Below are positions 1 to 9,643 of a DNA stretch of 64,000 nucleotides, in pieces (the first letter of the stretch is position 1; each line of letters opens with the position of its first letter). The notes beneath the pieces were generated by a model. The model was not told the origin of the DNA. It saw only the letters and a list, made by a program, of their open reading frames with translations, and made no database searches. The stretch is taken from positions 12,381 to 76,380 of the forward strand of contig JAGNKX010000010.1 in assembly GCA_017999915.1 (NCBI GenBank), given 5' to 3'. Source of the stretch: Spirochaetota bacterium (GTDB lineage: Bacteria; Spirochaetota; UBA4802; UBA5550). Position numbers and translations under genes: made by a program.

Positions 1-933
1 TGTACCTGCGCCAGGGTCATGAATGTCCCCGGTGCCGAGGATATAGCCATCGATCATGAAACGGGAATTGCCTTCGTATCATCCTTTGACCGCAGGGCAT
101 TCATGAAGGGAAAGCTGCTTCAAGGAGCGATTTACTCATATAATCTTCAGGGAAAACCGGTGCTTAAAAATGTGACTGCCGGTCTCACAATTGACTTCTA
201 TCCTCATGGCATCAGTTTCTTTAAAGATGGTGGTGGAAGAAAGTATCTCTTTGCAATAAACCATCATAGATCAAACAACTATATTGAGATCTTCGAGATA
301 AAAAACAATACCCTGGTCCATCTGGAGACTGTCGGCGGAGAACTGATGATAAGCCCCAACGATGTAACGGCTGTGGGACCGCGGCAATTTTATTTCACCA
401 ATGACCATGGGTCCCTATCAACCTTTGGCAAGCTCCTCGAGGACATCCTGCGATACTCCCGTTCAAACGTGGCGTATTTTGATGGGAAGAAAATCCGGAT
501 CGTCGCTGACGGATTCGGCTATGCCAACGGTATCTGGGCGGATAATGATGGCAAGCGTATCTATGTGACCGCTTCCACGGATAAAAGATTCTATATCTAC
601 CATTGTTCCCCCGACGGTTCCCTCAACCGTGTCTCTGTGTTACACCTGGGGACAGGCGGTGACAATATCGATATCGATGGATCCGGCGTTATCCGTGTCG
701 CAGCCCACCCGAAGATGCTGACTTTTCTGAGCCACGCCAGGAATGACCAAAACAAGGCGCCGTCGCAGATACTTGAAATAACAAGGAAGGATAACAGCGG
801 ATATGCTTTCAAGGAGATCTATCTGAACCTGGGCGAAGAAATATCAGCCGCGAGCGTCGCCGCGGTACATGGTAAGCGACTACTCGTTGGTTCGGTGTTC
901 GAGGATTATTTCCTTGATTGCACGATGAACTGA
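1..933 (+). CDS. Paraoxonase/arylesterase (PON) family lactonase-like protein, 5' partial (reading frame open to the window edge)
   Basis: Translation aligns motif-for-motif with serum paraoxonase: NDVTAVGPRQFYFTNDH vs NDIVAVGPEHFYGTNDH; IVADGFGYANGI vs VVAEGFDFANGI; C-terminal KRLLVGSVF vs KLLIGTVF. Six-bladed propeller lactonase family. Confidence 0.8.
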   Translation, partial: CTCARVMNVPGAEDIAIDHETGIAFVSSFDRRAFMKGKLLQGAIYSYNLQGKPVLKNVTAGLTIDFYPHGISFFKDGGGRKYLFAINHHRSNNYIEIFEIKNNTLVHLETVGGELMISPNDVTAVGPRQFYFTNDHGSLSTFGKLLEDILRYSRSNVAYFDGKKIRIVADGFGYANGIWADNDGKRIYVTASTDKRFYIYHCSPDGSLNRVSVLHLGTGGDNIDIDGSGVIRVAAHPKMLTFLSHARNDQNKAPSQILEITRKDNSGYAFKEIYLNLGEEISAASVAAVHGKRLLVGSVFEDYFLDCTMN

Positions 934-975
934 TTGTGTCACCTGATATGATTGATTATGTAATATCAGAATAGG

Positions 976-1809
976 ATGGATATGATGAAACCTCGATTCT
1001 ATGCGATTGTTTTGCTTTTTTTTGCGGCATTAGCCCTTACTGAGGCCGGCTGTAAAAACCGGTATCTCTTCCATCCCTATAAGCAGATTGTGGATACGCC
1101 CGCTTCAATGGGCCTCGTCTTTGATGATGTTTATTTCAATGCGGCAGACGGCATCCGGATCAATGCCTGGTGGGTGCCTGCGCCAGCGCCTAAGGGCACT
1201 ATCCTCTTCTGCCATGGCAATGCCGGGAACATCTCCTTCCTGCTGGACACGATCCGGCTCTTCCATGGGCTGAAGCTAAACGTCCTGGTGTTCGATTATC
1301 GCGGCTTCGGCAGGAGCGGCGGCTCCGCCACTGAAGAAGGGACCTACCGCGACGTTGCCGCGGCGTGGGAGTACCTGGTCAGTTTCAGGAAGATAGATCC
1401 CGGTACAATAGCCGTTATCGGCCGCTCCCTGGGAGGGCCTATCGCCGCGTGGATTTGCCAGGACCGCACGCCGGGGGCCCTGGTGCTGGAGGCGACCTTC
1501 ACCAGGGCGGCCGATGTGGCGCTTCACCATTACCCCATGGCGCCGGGAGAGCTGCTTTTCGGCGATACCTATAATGCCGGCAAATATGTGACCAGGGTAC
1601 GTTGTCCCGTCCTCGTGGTGCACAGCCCGGAGGATGAGATTATACCTTATGACCTGGGAGCGAAGCTTTTTAAGAAGATCAATGGCCCCAAGGAGTTTCT
1701 CATGATCCGCGGCTCCCATAACAACGGCTTCATGGAATCATTGAACGAATATGCTTCGGGCCTGGATTGGTTCCTTGTAAGACATCTGAAGAAAGGATCG
1801 CAGCCTTGA
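976..1809 (+). CDS. alpha/beta-fold hydrolase (serine nucleophile motif GRSLGG) with N-terminal signal/TM segment
   Basis: FCHGNAGN oxyanion-region motif, GxSxG (GRSLGG) nucleophile elbow, C-terminal His region; hydrophobic N-terminus. Confidence 0.8.
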   Translation: MDMMKPRFYAIVLLFFAALALTEAGCKNRYLFHPYKQIVDTPASMGLVFDDVYFNAADGIRINAWWVPAPAPKGTILFCHGNAGNISFLLDTIRLFHGLKLNVLVFDYRGFGRSGGSATEEGTYRDVAAAWEYLVSFRKIDPGTIAVIGRSLGGPIAAWICQDRTPGALVLEATFTRAADVALHHYPMAPGELLFGDTYNAGKYVTRVRCPVLVVHSPEDEIIPYDLGAKLFKKINGPKEFLMIRGSHNNGFMESLNEYASGLDWFLVRHLKKGSQP

Positions 1810-1936
1810 ATTTGATTTTGGCCGTGATATTTATCATTTTAACCGATAACAATCGGCTAGTCCAGATTGTTATTGACAATGCCGATTCTCCGGTGATATC
1901 TTATGCTTTATAGAATCTATCAAAGGGAGATAAAAT

Positions 1937-2893
1937 ATGAACAAAAAGCTATTTTTGTTAATGTTGTGCCTTGTTTTCCTTTTAACGGTTGCATGCAAAA
2001 AGGAAGGTGTGTCTTTGATCGATATCGGTCTGCGCGATGTCCCCACCGATAAAAAGGGTGATTTTAAGTGGACAAAAGGCGTAAATCGCGGCCAGGTCGT
2101 TAAGATTCTGGAAGAGCAGAAAGACGGCGAGTGGATGAAGGTGCAGCTGCCTGACGGCGTGACAGAGGGATGGATTCAGAAGTTCTATGTCCATAAAGGC
2201 AAGAAGCAGATCATAGAGTTCACCGATTCGACCAAGCTTTTTGATCAACCCGACGCCGACTCGAAGGCGAAGATGAACCTGACCGCCGGGACCCGGGCCA
2301 TCGTGCTCAAGCAGAAGGACAAGTGGTACAATGTCAGCGTCAAATACGGCTTTGACGGATGGGTCAAGGCCGGTACGTTCAAGGAAGGCTCGGACGCCAA
2401 GGGCCAGGCCCGCGTCGAGATCTATATCGGCGGCGTCGGCAAGTCCTTTGTCGAAGCCTCAACCACGCTGGCCGAGAGCGGCGGTTACACCTACACGGTG
2501 AACAATCTCTTTGATAAGAATCCCGGCACCACCTGGCAGGTGGGGGACGGCGGGGTCGGCGAATGGGTCGAGATCACCTTCCCGCAGCCTGAGAATATCA
2601 GTGTCGCCATGATAAACGGTTTCGCCAAGCTTGATAAGAAATTCGCCCAGTACGGCGCTGACGGCGACCTGTACGTGCTCAACAACCGCGTTAAAAGCAT
2701 GAAAGTCGAATACTGGGACGCCAATGACACCAAGCAGGGTTCAACCGTTAATTTCGAGGATGAGATCCGCGACTACCAGGATGCCGGCGTGTACCAGAAC
2801 GTGACCCGTATCCGGTTTATCGTTGATAGCGTGTATAAAGGCCAGAAATGGAATGATACGGCCCTGGCTGAAATAAAGATCGATAAGCAGTAA
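1937..2893 (+). CDS. lipoprotein with bacterial SH3-like repeats and a C-terminal F5/8-type-C (discoidin/galactose-binding-like) domain
   Basis: Lipobox-like signal (LLTVAC KKEG); two SH3b-like segments (GQVVKILEEQKDGEWMKVQLPDGVTEGWI; GTRAIVLKQKDKWYNVSV..GWVK); C-terminal NLFDKNPGTTWQ..EWVEITF discoidin-like motifs. Confidence 0.7.
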   Translation: MNKKLFLLMLCLVFLLTVACKKEGVSLIDIGLRDVPTDKKGDFKWTKGVNRGQVVKILEEQKDGEWMKVQLPDGVTEGWIQKFYVHKGKKQIIEFTDSTKLFDQPDADSKAKMNLTAGTRAIVLKQKDKWYNVSVKYGFDGWVKAGTFKEGSDAKGQARVEIYIGGVGKSFVEASTTLAESGGYTYTVNNLFDKNPGTTWQVGDGGVGEWVEITFPQPENISVAMINGFAKLDKKFAQYGADGDLYVLNNRVKSMKVEYWDANDTKQGSTVNFEDEIRDYQDAGVYQNVTRIRFIVDSVYKGQKWNDTALAEIKIDKQ

Positions 2894-2901
2894 TAACCGA
2901 G

Positions 2902-2932
2902 AGCGGCGGGTTTATCCCGCCGCTTTGCGATT
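2902..2932 (+). terminator. intrinsic terminator-like hairpin (agcggcggg-tttat-cccgccgct) followed by a weak T-tract
   Basis: 9-bp GC stem immediately after the stop of 1937..2893. Confidence 0.45.
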
Positions 2933-3195
2933 AATACAGGTGACGATTTTCTTCGGTGAGGGTTGGTTCTCTTTTCGCGGCTCATTCGGGCCATAACCCG
3001 GCGCCATTATGCGTTACATAATGACCGGCGGTGCCCCTGCAATTTTTCCCCTGGCGTTGATATGTCAAAACCGTTTTAAAAGGAATTCTATTTCTTCTTT
3101 ATCAGCCTTTTTACTGTTTTTCAAAATAGATTGTCTTATTTTTTCCTTCAGCTCCTGTTCGGGGCTGGGTTTCTTGCTACCCGCCATGGTCTTTA

Positions 3196-3465
3196 TTATC
3201 TCAGGTCTGGTCTTCCCCACTTCCATTTTCCCTTAAGGCTCTTGCCGTTTTTGTAATACATTGTTCCGTATCCGAACGGAACATTGCTTCTGAATTCACC
3301 CTCGTATCTGTTCCCATTGGAAAAGACATAGGTCCCTACCCCGTATCTGCAATTACCCTGGACGCATTTCCCCCCTTTCTCGTCTGCCTGAACCTGTTCC
3401 GGCTTGCCGCAATTCAGGCATAATGCAGCTAATGATACAAGTAGAATGAAGATTATGTTTCGCAT
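3196..3465 (-). CDS. MORN-repeat lipoprotein
   Basis: Signal peptide with LNCG lipobox; YEGEF..GYGTMYYKNG MORN-like repeats. Confidence 0.6.
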   Translation of the reverse strand: MRNIIFILLVSLAALCLNCGKPEQVQADEKGGKCVQGNCRYGVGTYVFSNGNRYEGEFRSNVPFGYGTMYYKNGKSLKGKWKWGRPDLR

Positions 3466-3841
3466 CTTATTTGTAAGAAATGTTTTTGATTGTGCCAGGT
3501 GAAAACACTTGGATACTCATCACGCCCAACTATCCCTTCGGCTAGAGCCGTCAGGATTAATTGTAAGATATATACAAAACATGACGCCATAAATTTCAAG
3601 TCAATTTCTATATAATTTTTTTGCGAATCAAAAAAAAACTAATTTTTAACATTGACTTCTTTCATATATGAATAGAATGTACAGATTGATCAGCAACGTC
3701 GGCTTCAGGGTTGACATTTAGCCGTTACGGTGTCTGTTTGAGCTTGTGAAAAATGAAAAAATACTATGATTAAGACTTTTTTTACTTTACGAATTCATAT
3801 ATCGCTCCAGTCGGCAGCATTATCCGACAAGACGACCCGTC

Positions 3842-4312
3842 ATGAGTTCAGGTGCTGAAATACATAAACGCCTCGATGATTATGTCCGGGAGCAGGAGCT
3901 GGAGGCCGGTCCGGGGCGCTTCAAGCAGTCCCGCCTGGGCCTCAGCCGCGAAGGATCCTTTGTGAATTCCTGGCAGATGAATTACCAGCGCATCGGGTAC
4001 TTCGCCAATACCTATATGGTCAGGGATTTCAGCGATGATTCATGCGTCCAGATCCTGGTGCCTCCGACGGATACCGGCGTTGTTCCGTCGGAAAACGAGC
4101 AGCAGCCCTTCGGGTGGACCGGCATGATCAACGAGTATACGGCGGAACTGGCCCTCTGGTGGGCCTTTGAGCTGCTCAGCGAAGATGAGGCGCGCCGGTT
4201 CATGGAAGAACACCGTCCCACGGTGCTCTTCCGGTATTATGATGACGGGGGATACCGGGAGCTTGAGGCAAGATTTGACGGCGAGGTGTGGATTGTCGAA
4301 AAAATCATGTAG
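3842..4312 (+). CDS. hypothetical protein
   Basis: 156-aa ORF with coding-like composition in an intergenic-free slot; no recognizable motif. Confidence 0.5.
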   Translation: MSSGAEIHKRLDDYVREQELEAGPGRFKQSRLGLSREGSFVNSWQMNYQRIGYFANTYMVRDFSDDSCVQILVPPTDTGVVPSENEQQPFGWTGMINEYTAELALWWAFELLSEDEARRFMEEHRPTVLFRYYDDGGYRELEARFDGEVWIVEKIM

Positions 4313-4328
4313 CAGGGGAGAAGAAATA

Positions 4329-5156
4329 ATGCGATCGGGATCGATTTTATTCCGGGCCTGCGCGGCCTTCTTGTCGATGCTGGCGGTTAGCTGCGCAATC
4401 ACTGTCCCGGCCCGTGAAGGCGGGCAGGTCCCGGCCGTCCTTGACGCCATGGTGCGGGCCGCCTGGATGGAGATCGGCGGTAGCGGCAGTAAATGCGAGG
4501 AGTTTGATTACTTTCCCAACGGCGGCATGCGCAACTGGTATTGCCATATCCTGACTTTTATAAGCTACCGGAAATTTTCTGATCTGATAGGCGTGCCGGT
4601 ATTTGTATCGGGACCCCATACCGCGTCGGATCTCAATCTCGATTCTTCCGGCAGCTTCGGCCATTATAACAAGGAATTTGTCGCGCGGCTTCGCCGCGTC
4701 ATGATACCCGGAGAGAGCAATATCGCCTTCAGGACCGCGACCCAGGGGAGTTACGACCGGTGCGTGCGGCCGCTGGCGCGGATTTTCTTCGTCACCTATC
4801 GAAAATTGACGGACCACCCCTCGTACCTGGAACAGGAAAAGCGCCGCTATCTTGCCCTGATAGGGGCGGGGAACCTGAAGCCCTATAACTATGAGAAATA
4901 TTTTTATTTCATGAATCCCGGCTTTATCGACAGCCGGGACGATGAAGCATACCTCATGAAACATGGATTTGACGGCGGATGGGACGGCAATGTGGTAAAA
5001 ACCTGCGTCGCCTTCTGGATCAGGCGCTCCATAGACGGCACCGCCGATGAGTTTTACACCGGCCTCGAAAAGCTTCTGCAAGCCTATGACGGGACTTTTC
5101 TGACGGGATTTTCCGGCAGGAGCAATGGTTCCCGAAACGATGACAATCAGGATTGA
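4329..5156 (+). CDS. hypothetical secreted protein (signal peptide)
   Basis: ORF 4167..5156 trimmed to the internal ATG (MRSGSILFRACAAFLSMLAVSCA), which gives a signal peptide and avoids overlap with 3842..4312. Confidence 0.55.
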   Translation: MRSGSILFRACAAFLSMLAVSCAITVPAREGGQVPAVLDAMVRAAWMEIGGSGSKCEEFDYFPNGGMRNWYCHILTFISYRKFSDLIGVPVFVSGPHTASDLNLDSSGSFGHYNKEFVARLRRVMIPGESNIAFRTATQGSYDRCVRPLARIFFVTYRKLTDHPSYLEQEKRRYLALIGAGNLKPYNYEKYFYFMNPGFIDSRDDEAYLMKHGFDGGWDGNVVKTCVAFWIRRSIDGTADEFYTGLEKLLQAYDGTFLTGFSGRSNGSRNDDNQD

Positions 5157-5188
5157 TGCCGCCCATTATATCTGTTCCGGTTTAGTGT

Positions 5189-8100
5189 ATGAAAAAATGG
5201 TATATGATAATAAAAAAGTTTCTCAGCCGCCATCTATGGATCGTCGATAACTACTGGCTCCGGATATCGACCCTCCGCCAGGCGGTGTTGAGGGCCATTT
5301 TTTACTATTCCCGCGTCATTGAAAGGGAAGATTCCGGCCGCAAGGTCAGCGCTGTCAATGAATTCCTCGATTCATTTTTAGCGGATCCGGGACGGGATCG
5401 CTTTTTCAACGCACCCGAAGAGGCAGTGCAAAAAGATCCCTTCGGCACCTTCAGGCACCAAACCAGGGATGCGGAGGAGGGAGGTGACGCGGACGCCCCC
5501 GGCAGCGGACTCACCCCTTCTCGGCTGTTTCGCGAAGGGCTCCGCGAACATCTCATGGGCATGTCCATCCGGGACGAGGAGCGTTTGTTCCGCCTGGAGG
5601 ACCTGATCGACCTCGAAAAGGAGATGCTCGCCGATCGGAAAAAGTCCGGCCATCTCCACCGGGTCCTCACCAGGGAGGGGCGCGAGCGCTTTTATTCGTT
5701 TTTCGGACCGGGAAAAGAGAGCGCGGAGCTTCCCGAGTCATACGTGAAGTTCTTTTTCCCCGCCTTTGATCCCGCAGAATTTGTTCGGAATGGAGCGGCC
5801 TTTATCCTGGGCAGAAAAAGGCTTTTCAAGCCTGAAGAAACACGCGCGGTCATCGATTTTTTAACCGCCCGTCTGCGCCTTCGTGACCGGCGCAAAGTAC
5901 TGGAGCGGGCCGCGCCATTTCTTAAAAAGGCGATATGTATCGCTTTCCTCGTGTTCTACGCGGCCATGTTCCTTATTGACTTCGCGATGGTGGCCTACGG
6001 GGTATGGAAAAATGAATACCAATACACATTTCAGAACTTTTCACAGGTCATCTATACCTCCGATACGCCCTTTGCGCGAAGGGCGGAGCGGATCCACCGG
6101 AGGAACCTTGGCGCCCATTTTAGCGATTTCACCTTTCCCGGTTCGACGCCGTCGAAGGGGAATGAATACCGCATAAAAAACGGATCGCAGATGGCCGTGG
6201 AGCTCAATTACGGGTTCTACCGGTCTCTCCGCCTCCAGGACCAGAACGGCCTCACGGTCGTCGCGGTGGACCACGCGAAAATGCGGAAGCTGGCCCGGTC
6301 CGATCCGCAGCGCTACCGGAAGCTCATGGACCTTGTTGTCGATAAACAGTGGTGGGAATCGCTCTTTGTGTTTATCGGCGATATTTCGGGGGACCGTTTC
6401 GACCTGTTCGATTATGCCGGCATCCCCCGGGAAAGGATCTGCGACGATATCACGAGGAGTATCAAGGAAAGCGTGGACCCCCTCGCGATGATCGGTGCGA
6501 TAAACGGGACGTTCGACTGCATACACGTTCTCTACCACAAGGCCAATTCCATGAAATGGGCCCCCATCGGCGAGATCCCCCGCGTGATGATAGAGGGTGT
6601 CATCCTCCGTGAGGATCGCAGGTTCCGGAACACCTTGTTCCCCGTGCCGCACCGCGGCAATGACAACCTTGTCATCATCCCCCAGATATCAAAAAAGGTG
6701 CTCCGCAAGGTCTGCGGCGGGACCCGCGGCTTCGCCGCGCGTTATGGATTTTCCTGGCTTGAACGGAAGGCGAAGAAATTCGAGGATACCATCATCGCCT
6801 CATTTAAAGAAGAAAGCCGCGGCGGCAGCTCCATTTCGAACCAGGTCATGGAAATGCTCTATACGAAATATGTCACGAATATTTCAGACGGGGCAAGCTT
6901 CACCGATCGGCAGATAGAGCAGAAAAAGCATGAGCTTCCCGCGTCGGCGACCGTCGACTGGTTCTGGACGCGTAACGACATCCTCGAGGCCTATGTCAAC
7001 GAGGTGTATGGCGGCCATCTCTACTCCGACATCAGGGGCTTCAAGTCGCAGGCGGAGATGTATTTCACGAGGGGCCTCAATGACCTTAATTTACGGGAAC
7101 AGGTGATGCTGGTCGCGGCGATCAAGAAGCCGTCCAGGATCAAGGAATATGCCGCGTGGCTCAAGGCGGAGGAGCTGAATAATCTGATCGAGTCCCGGAA
7201 TGTTTCACGGAAGGCGGTCACGCAGTGGGAGGAGGACAACGCTCCCTACAAGGTCGACCGGAGCAACTACCGGGAGATCCTTGAAACGAAGCTCAAGGCG
7301 AAAAAATGGATCGAAACGCGCATGAAAAGCATTCTGAGGCTCCTGCGCAAGAACGGGACCATCAGCGCCGTTGAGGAGACGGCCGCGAGGGATCGGCAGA
7401 AGGTGACGTTCCGTTTCGCCCAGGGTATTGTTTCGGCCGATAACCGCCTCGTGAACAACATCAAGCGGGAGCTTGACCGGGAGCTGGGGACCGATCGGTC
7501 GGATTCGGGCCTGGTGGTGGTGACGACAGTCAACATGACCGTGCAGAAAAAGCTGCAGGCCCTGGTCGACCGTAAAACACGGTGGATATCGGTGGATTCC
7601 GACACCCAGGTTGAGGGACAGCCGGGAAATGTGCTCCTTGAAGGAGGGGCCCGCATCATTCACGCCCATACCGGGGCCCGTTCCGGTCAGCCGCGCATAA
7701 TAAACAGGATCATTGCCGACGTCGGCGGGTCCAGCCGCGAGGAGGACGAATGGGACTGGGTCTCCCTGGCCAACCGCTCCCTCGGTTCAAGCCTGAAGCC
7801 GATCCTCGACCTCTACTTCATTCTCTTCGGGTATAACCTCCAGGACATGTTCAAGAACAGCATGGTCACCTACAACACTTATTCCCTGGAGCAGCAGAGG
7901 ATATTCCAGAACTTTATCCATAAATTCCCCAAAAAGACCAGGGAGATCGAGGGGATCGAGAAGTACTGGTCCTGGTCGCCGAGGAACTTCACCGAATACA
8001 CCAATGACTGGGTGACGGTGGAGGACGCCCTGGTGCATTCGATAAACGGCATTCACGTGCAGATACAGGAACTGGTGACGCCGTCGATTTTCGCGCGCCT

Positions 8101-9298
8101 CCTCAATGAGACCATGAATATAACGGAGCCAGAGGGGAGGCACCAGCCCTATCGGTCGATCATACTGGGCGGCTCGAGCGGCGACCAGCGATATGACCGG
8201 TATCTGCTGGCGTATTCGATGTTCCCGAACCTGGGCGTGGTGAAAAAGCACACCTTCATCGATACGATGCGGCTCCCCGACGGCGGTGTCATGAGGCCGT
8301 CTTACCGGCCGCTGAAGATTTCCCTCCTGGAGCGGTTCGGCGCTGAGCGCGTCAGGGCGGCGTGCGTGCTTATTGACCTGGCGCTGCGGGAGACCGTCAG
8401 GCGGGGCACCATGGCCGGGATGGAAGGTATCGGCGCGGGCAAGACGGGAACCTCCAACGAGCTGCGCGACGTCATGGCCACGGCGCATTTCATCGCCGGC
8501 GACAGCACCTATATCGCCGGCGTCAGGCTGGGCAACCGCAAAAATTATTCAATCGGCCGGGCCGCCGACCGTATTGCCGTGCCCATGCTTTACGAGATCG
8601 TGACCGGCGCCTTTGATCGGGGGACTATCATGCGGGGCGAGGACTACGACGACTATCTGCGCGCCCTGGCCGGGTCATCGCGGGAGATCGTGCGCGTTCA
8701 GGACCGGTATTACCTGAAGGGACACAACCACAAGCAGCGCCGCCTTGAAGTGGCCAGGACCCAGGAAGAGATACGGGGAGGGCACCTGGCCACGGCTGAT
8801 GCCTTGTATGATGACAGGGAGTATGAAGAGGCGGCGAAATCATACGAGGTCTTTCTCTCGCTGGCCGATAGTTTCAATGCGCGCCATCCCGCCTTTGATA
8901 AAATGGTTCACTGCTACATCGAGCTGGGGAACCTGAAACGGGCGGCGCAGCTTGTCGAGCGGTTCTCGCTACCCGGCAGGATATGGAGAACGGCCAATTC
9001 CTTCGAGCGGAAATATGACGTCACCCTCAAGGTTGACGAGGAATTCTACAGCGGTGACAACGAATATGAAAATAGAAAGCATGAAAAGAATAAAAATAAA
9101 AAGAAACGCAAGCACGTGGAAGAGGAAGAGGATGTGGAAATTCCCGTTGAAATAAAGAAAGAACCGACCCGCCCCCGGGAAGAGAACCATAACGAGCCTC
9201 ACGATGTTCCCCGGGAGAAGAAGCCTGATGCCGATCCCGTTCCCCAGGAGAAGAAGCCTGATCCAGCCGTCAGGCCAGAGGATGCTCCCGGCAACTAA
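5189..9298 (+). CDS. giant class A penicillin-binding-protein-like protein (GT51 transglycosylase + transpeptidase) with ~250-aa cytoplasmic N-terminal extension, C-terminal TPR-like region and K/E-rich low-complexity tail
   Basis: GT51 motifs: REDRRF, GGSSISNQ, DILEAYVNEVYGG, REQVMLVAAIKKPS. Transpeptidase motifs: SSLKP (SxxK), SIN (SxN), KTGTS (KTG). One predicted TM around residue 250. C-terminal PREKKPDADPVPQEKKPDPAV repeats. Confidence 0.8.
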   Translation: MKKWYMIIKKFLSRHLWIVDNYWLRISTLRQAVLRAIFYYSRVIEREDSGRKVSAVNEFLDSFLADPGRDRFFNAPEEAVQKDPFGTFRHQTRDAEEGGDADAPGSGLTPSRLFREGLREHLMGMSIRDEERLFRLEDLIDLEKEMLADRKKSGHLHRVLTREGRERFYSFFGPGKESAELPESYVKFFFPAFDPAEFVRNGAAFILGRKRLFKPEETRAVIDFLTARLRLRDRRKVLERAAPFLKKAICIAFLVFYAAMFLIDFAMVAYGVWKNEYQYTFQNFSQVIYTSDTPFARRAERIHRRNLGAHFSDFTFPGSTPSKGNEYRIKNGSQMAVELNYGFYRSLRLQDQNGLTVVAVDHAKMRKLARSDPQRYRKLMDLVVDKQWWESLFVFIGDISGDRFDLFDYAGIPRERICDDITRSIKESVDPLAMIGAINGTFDCIHVLYHKANSMKWAPIGEIPRVMIEGVILREDRRFRNTLFPVPHRGNDNLVIIPQISKKVLRKVCGGTRGFAARYGFSWLERKAKKFEDTIIASFKEESRGGSSISNQVMEMLYTKYVTNISDGASFTDRQIEQKKHELPASATVDWFWTRNDILEAYVNEVYGGHLYSDIRGFKSQAEMYFTRGLNDLNLREQVMLVAAIKKPSRIKEYAAWLKAEELNNLIESRNVSRKAVTQWEEDNAPYKVDRSNYREILETKLKAKKWIETRMKSILRLLRKNGTISAVEETAARDRQKVTFRFAQGIVSADNRLVNNIKRELDRELGTDRSDSGLVVVTTVNMTVQKKLQALVDRKTRWISVDSDTQVEGQPGNVLLEGGARIIHAHTGARSGQPRIINRIIADVGGSSREEDEWDWVSLANRSLGSSLKPILDLYFILFGYNLQDMFKNSMVTYNTYSLEQQRIFQNFIHKFPKKTREIEGIEKYWSWSPRNFTEYTNDWVTVEDALVHSINGIHVQIQELVTPSIFARLLNETMNITEPEGRHQPYRSIILGGSSGDQRYDRYLLAYSMFPNLGVVKKHTFIDTMRLPDGGVMRPSYRPLKISLLERFGAERVRAACVLIDLALRETVRRGTMAGMEGIGAGKTGTSNELRDVMATAHFIAGDSTYIAGVRLGNRKNYSIGRAADRIAVPMLYEIVTGAFDRGTIMRGEDYDDYLRALAGSSREIVRVQDRYYLKGHNHKQRRLEVARTQEEIRGGHLATADALYDDREYEEAAKSYEVFLSLADSFNARHPAFDKMVHCYIELGNLKRAAQLVERFSLPGRIWRTANSFERKYDVTLKVDEEFYSGDNEYENRKHEKNKNKKKRKHVEEEEDVEIPVEIKKEPTRPREENHNEPHDVPREKKPDADPVPQEKKPDPAVRPEDAPGN

Positions 9299-9594
9299 TG
9301 TGCGAACCTATTGTTGCTAAAACGGCAGCCAGGGAATGCGATTATCGTTTTTTCTTGTTCTCATCCTGAGAACAACTCGGAGACATTCATGTGGGTACGC
9401 CGAATCGGGGGAGAATCCAGCGCTGGAGTATGATCCATATCGCAATAAAAATTATAAGCCATAAGATGGAATTCATAGTGCACCTGATATATTTTAATAA
9501 TTAATAATATACTAAAATAATATATAATTGTCAACATATTCATTAAAAAATCCATCAAAATGAACTGTTGTGTTTGCGCGCAAAACATTATGCG

Positions 9595-9643
9595 AAAAAA
9601 TGTCCAGTAGTCCAGATATGTCGGGGCTACTGGACATTTTTAT
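9595..9643 (+). terminator. perfect 15-bp inverted repeat (aaaaatgtccagtag ... ctactggacattttt) followed by a T-tract; intrinsic terminator-like
   Basis: Read directly from the sequence; lies ~300 bp after the PBP stop and directly after a 20-mer repeat. Confidence 0.45.

Noticed and set aside
3009-3236. 75-aa plus-strand ORF overlapping the MORN lipoprotein gene
   Set aside because: Overlaps a better-supported gene; no motif; Phe/Leu-rich translation typical of AT-rich non-coding frames.
6041-6652. Long minus-strand ORFs antisense to large plus-strand genes (e.g. 6041..6652, 7787..8488, 10814..11587, 11806..12453, 13340..14062, 14072..15595, 17578..18561, 19856..20611, 36586..37281)
   Set aside because: Shadow ORFs expected in ~60% GC coding DNA; no motifs; the sense-strand genes have unambiguous domain signatures.
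8969-9298. Possible CRISPR or tandem DNA repeat in the K/E-rich region
   Set aside because: Repeats are short, imperfect, in-frame codon repeats of a low-complexity protein tail, not spacer-repeat architecture.
9361-9588. 75-aa ORF in the AT-rich spacer after the PBP gene
   Set aside because: Low-complexity, hydrophobic, AT-driven translation; the region is better explained as UTR, terminator and repeat.
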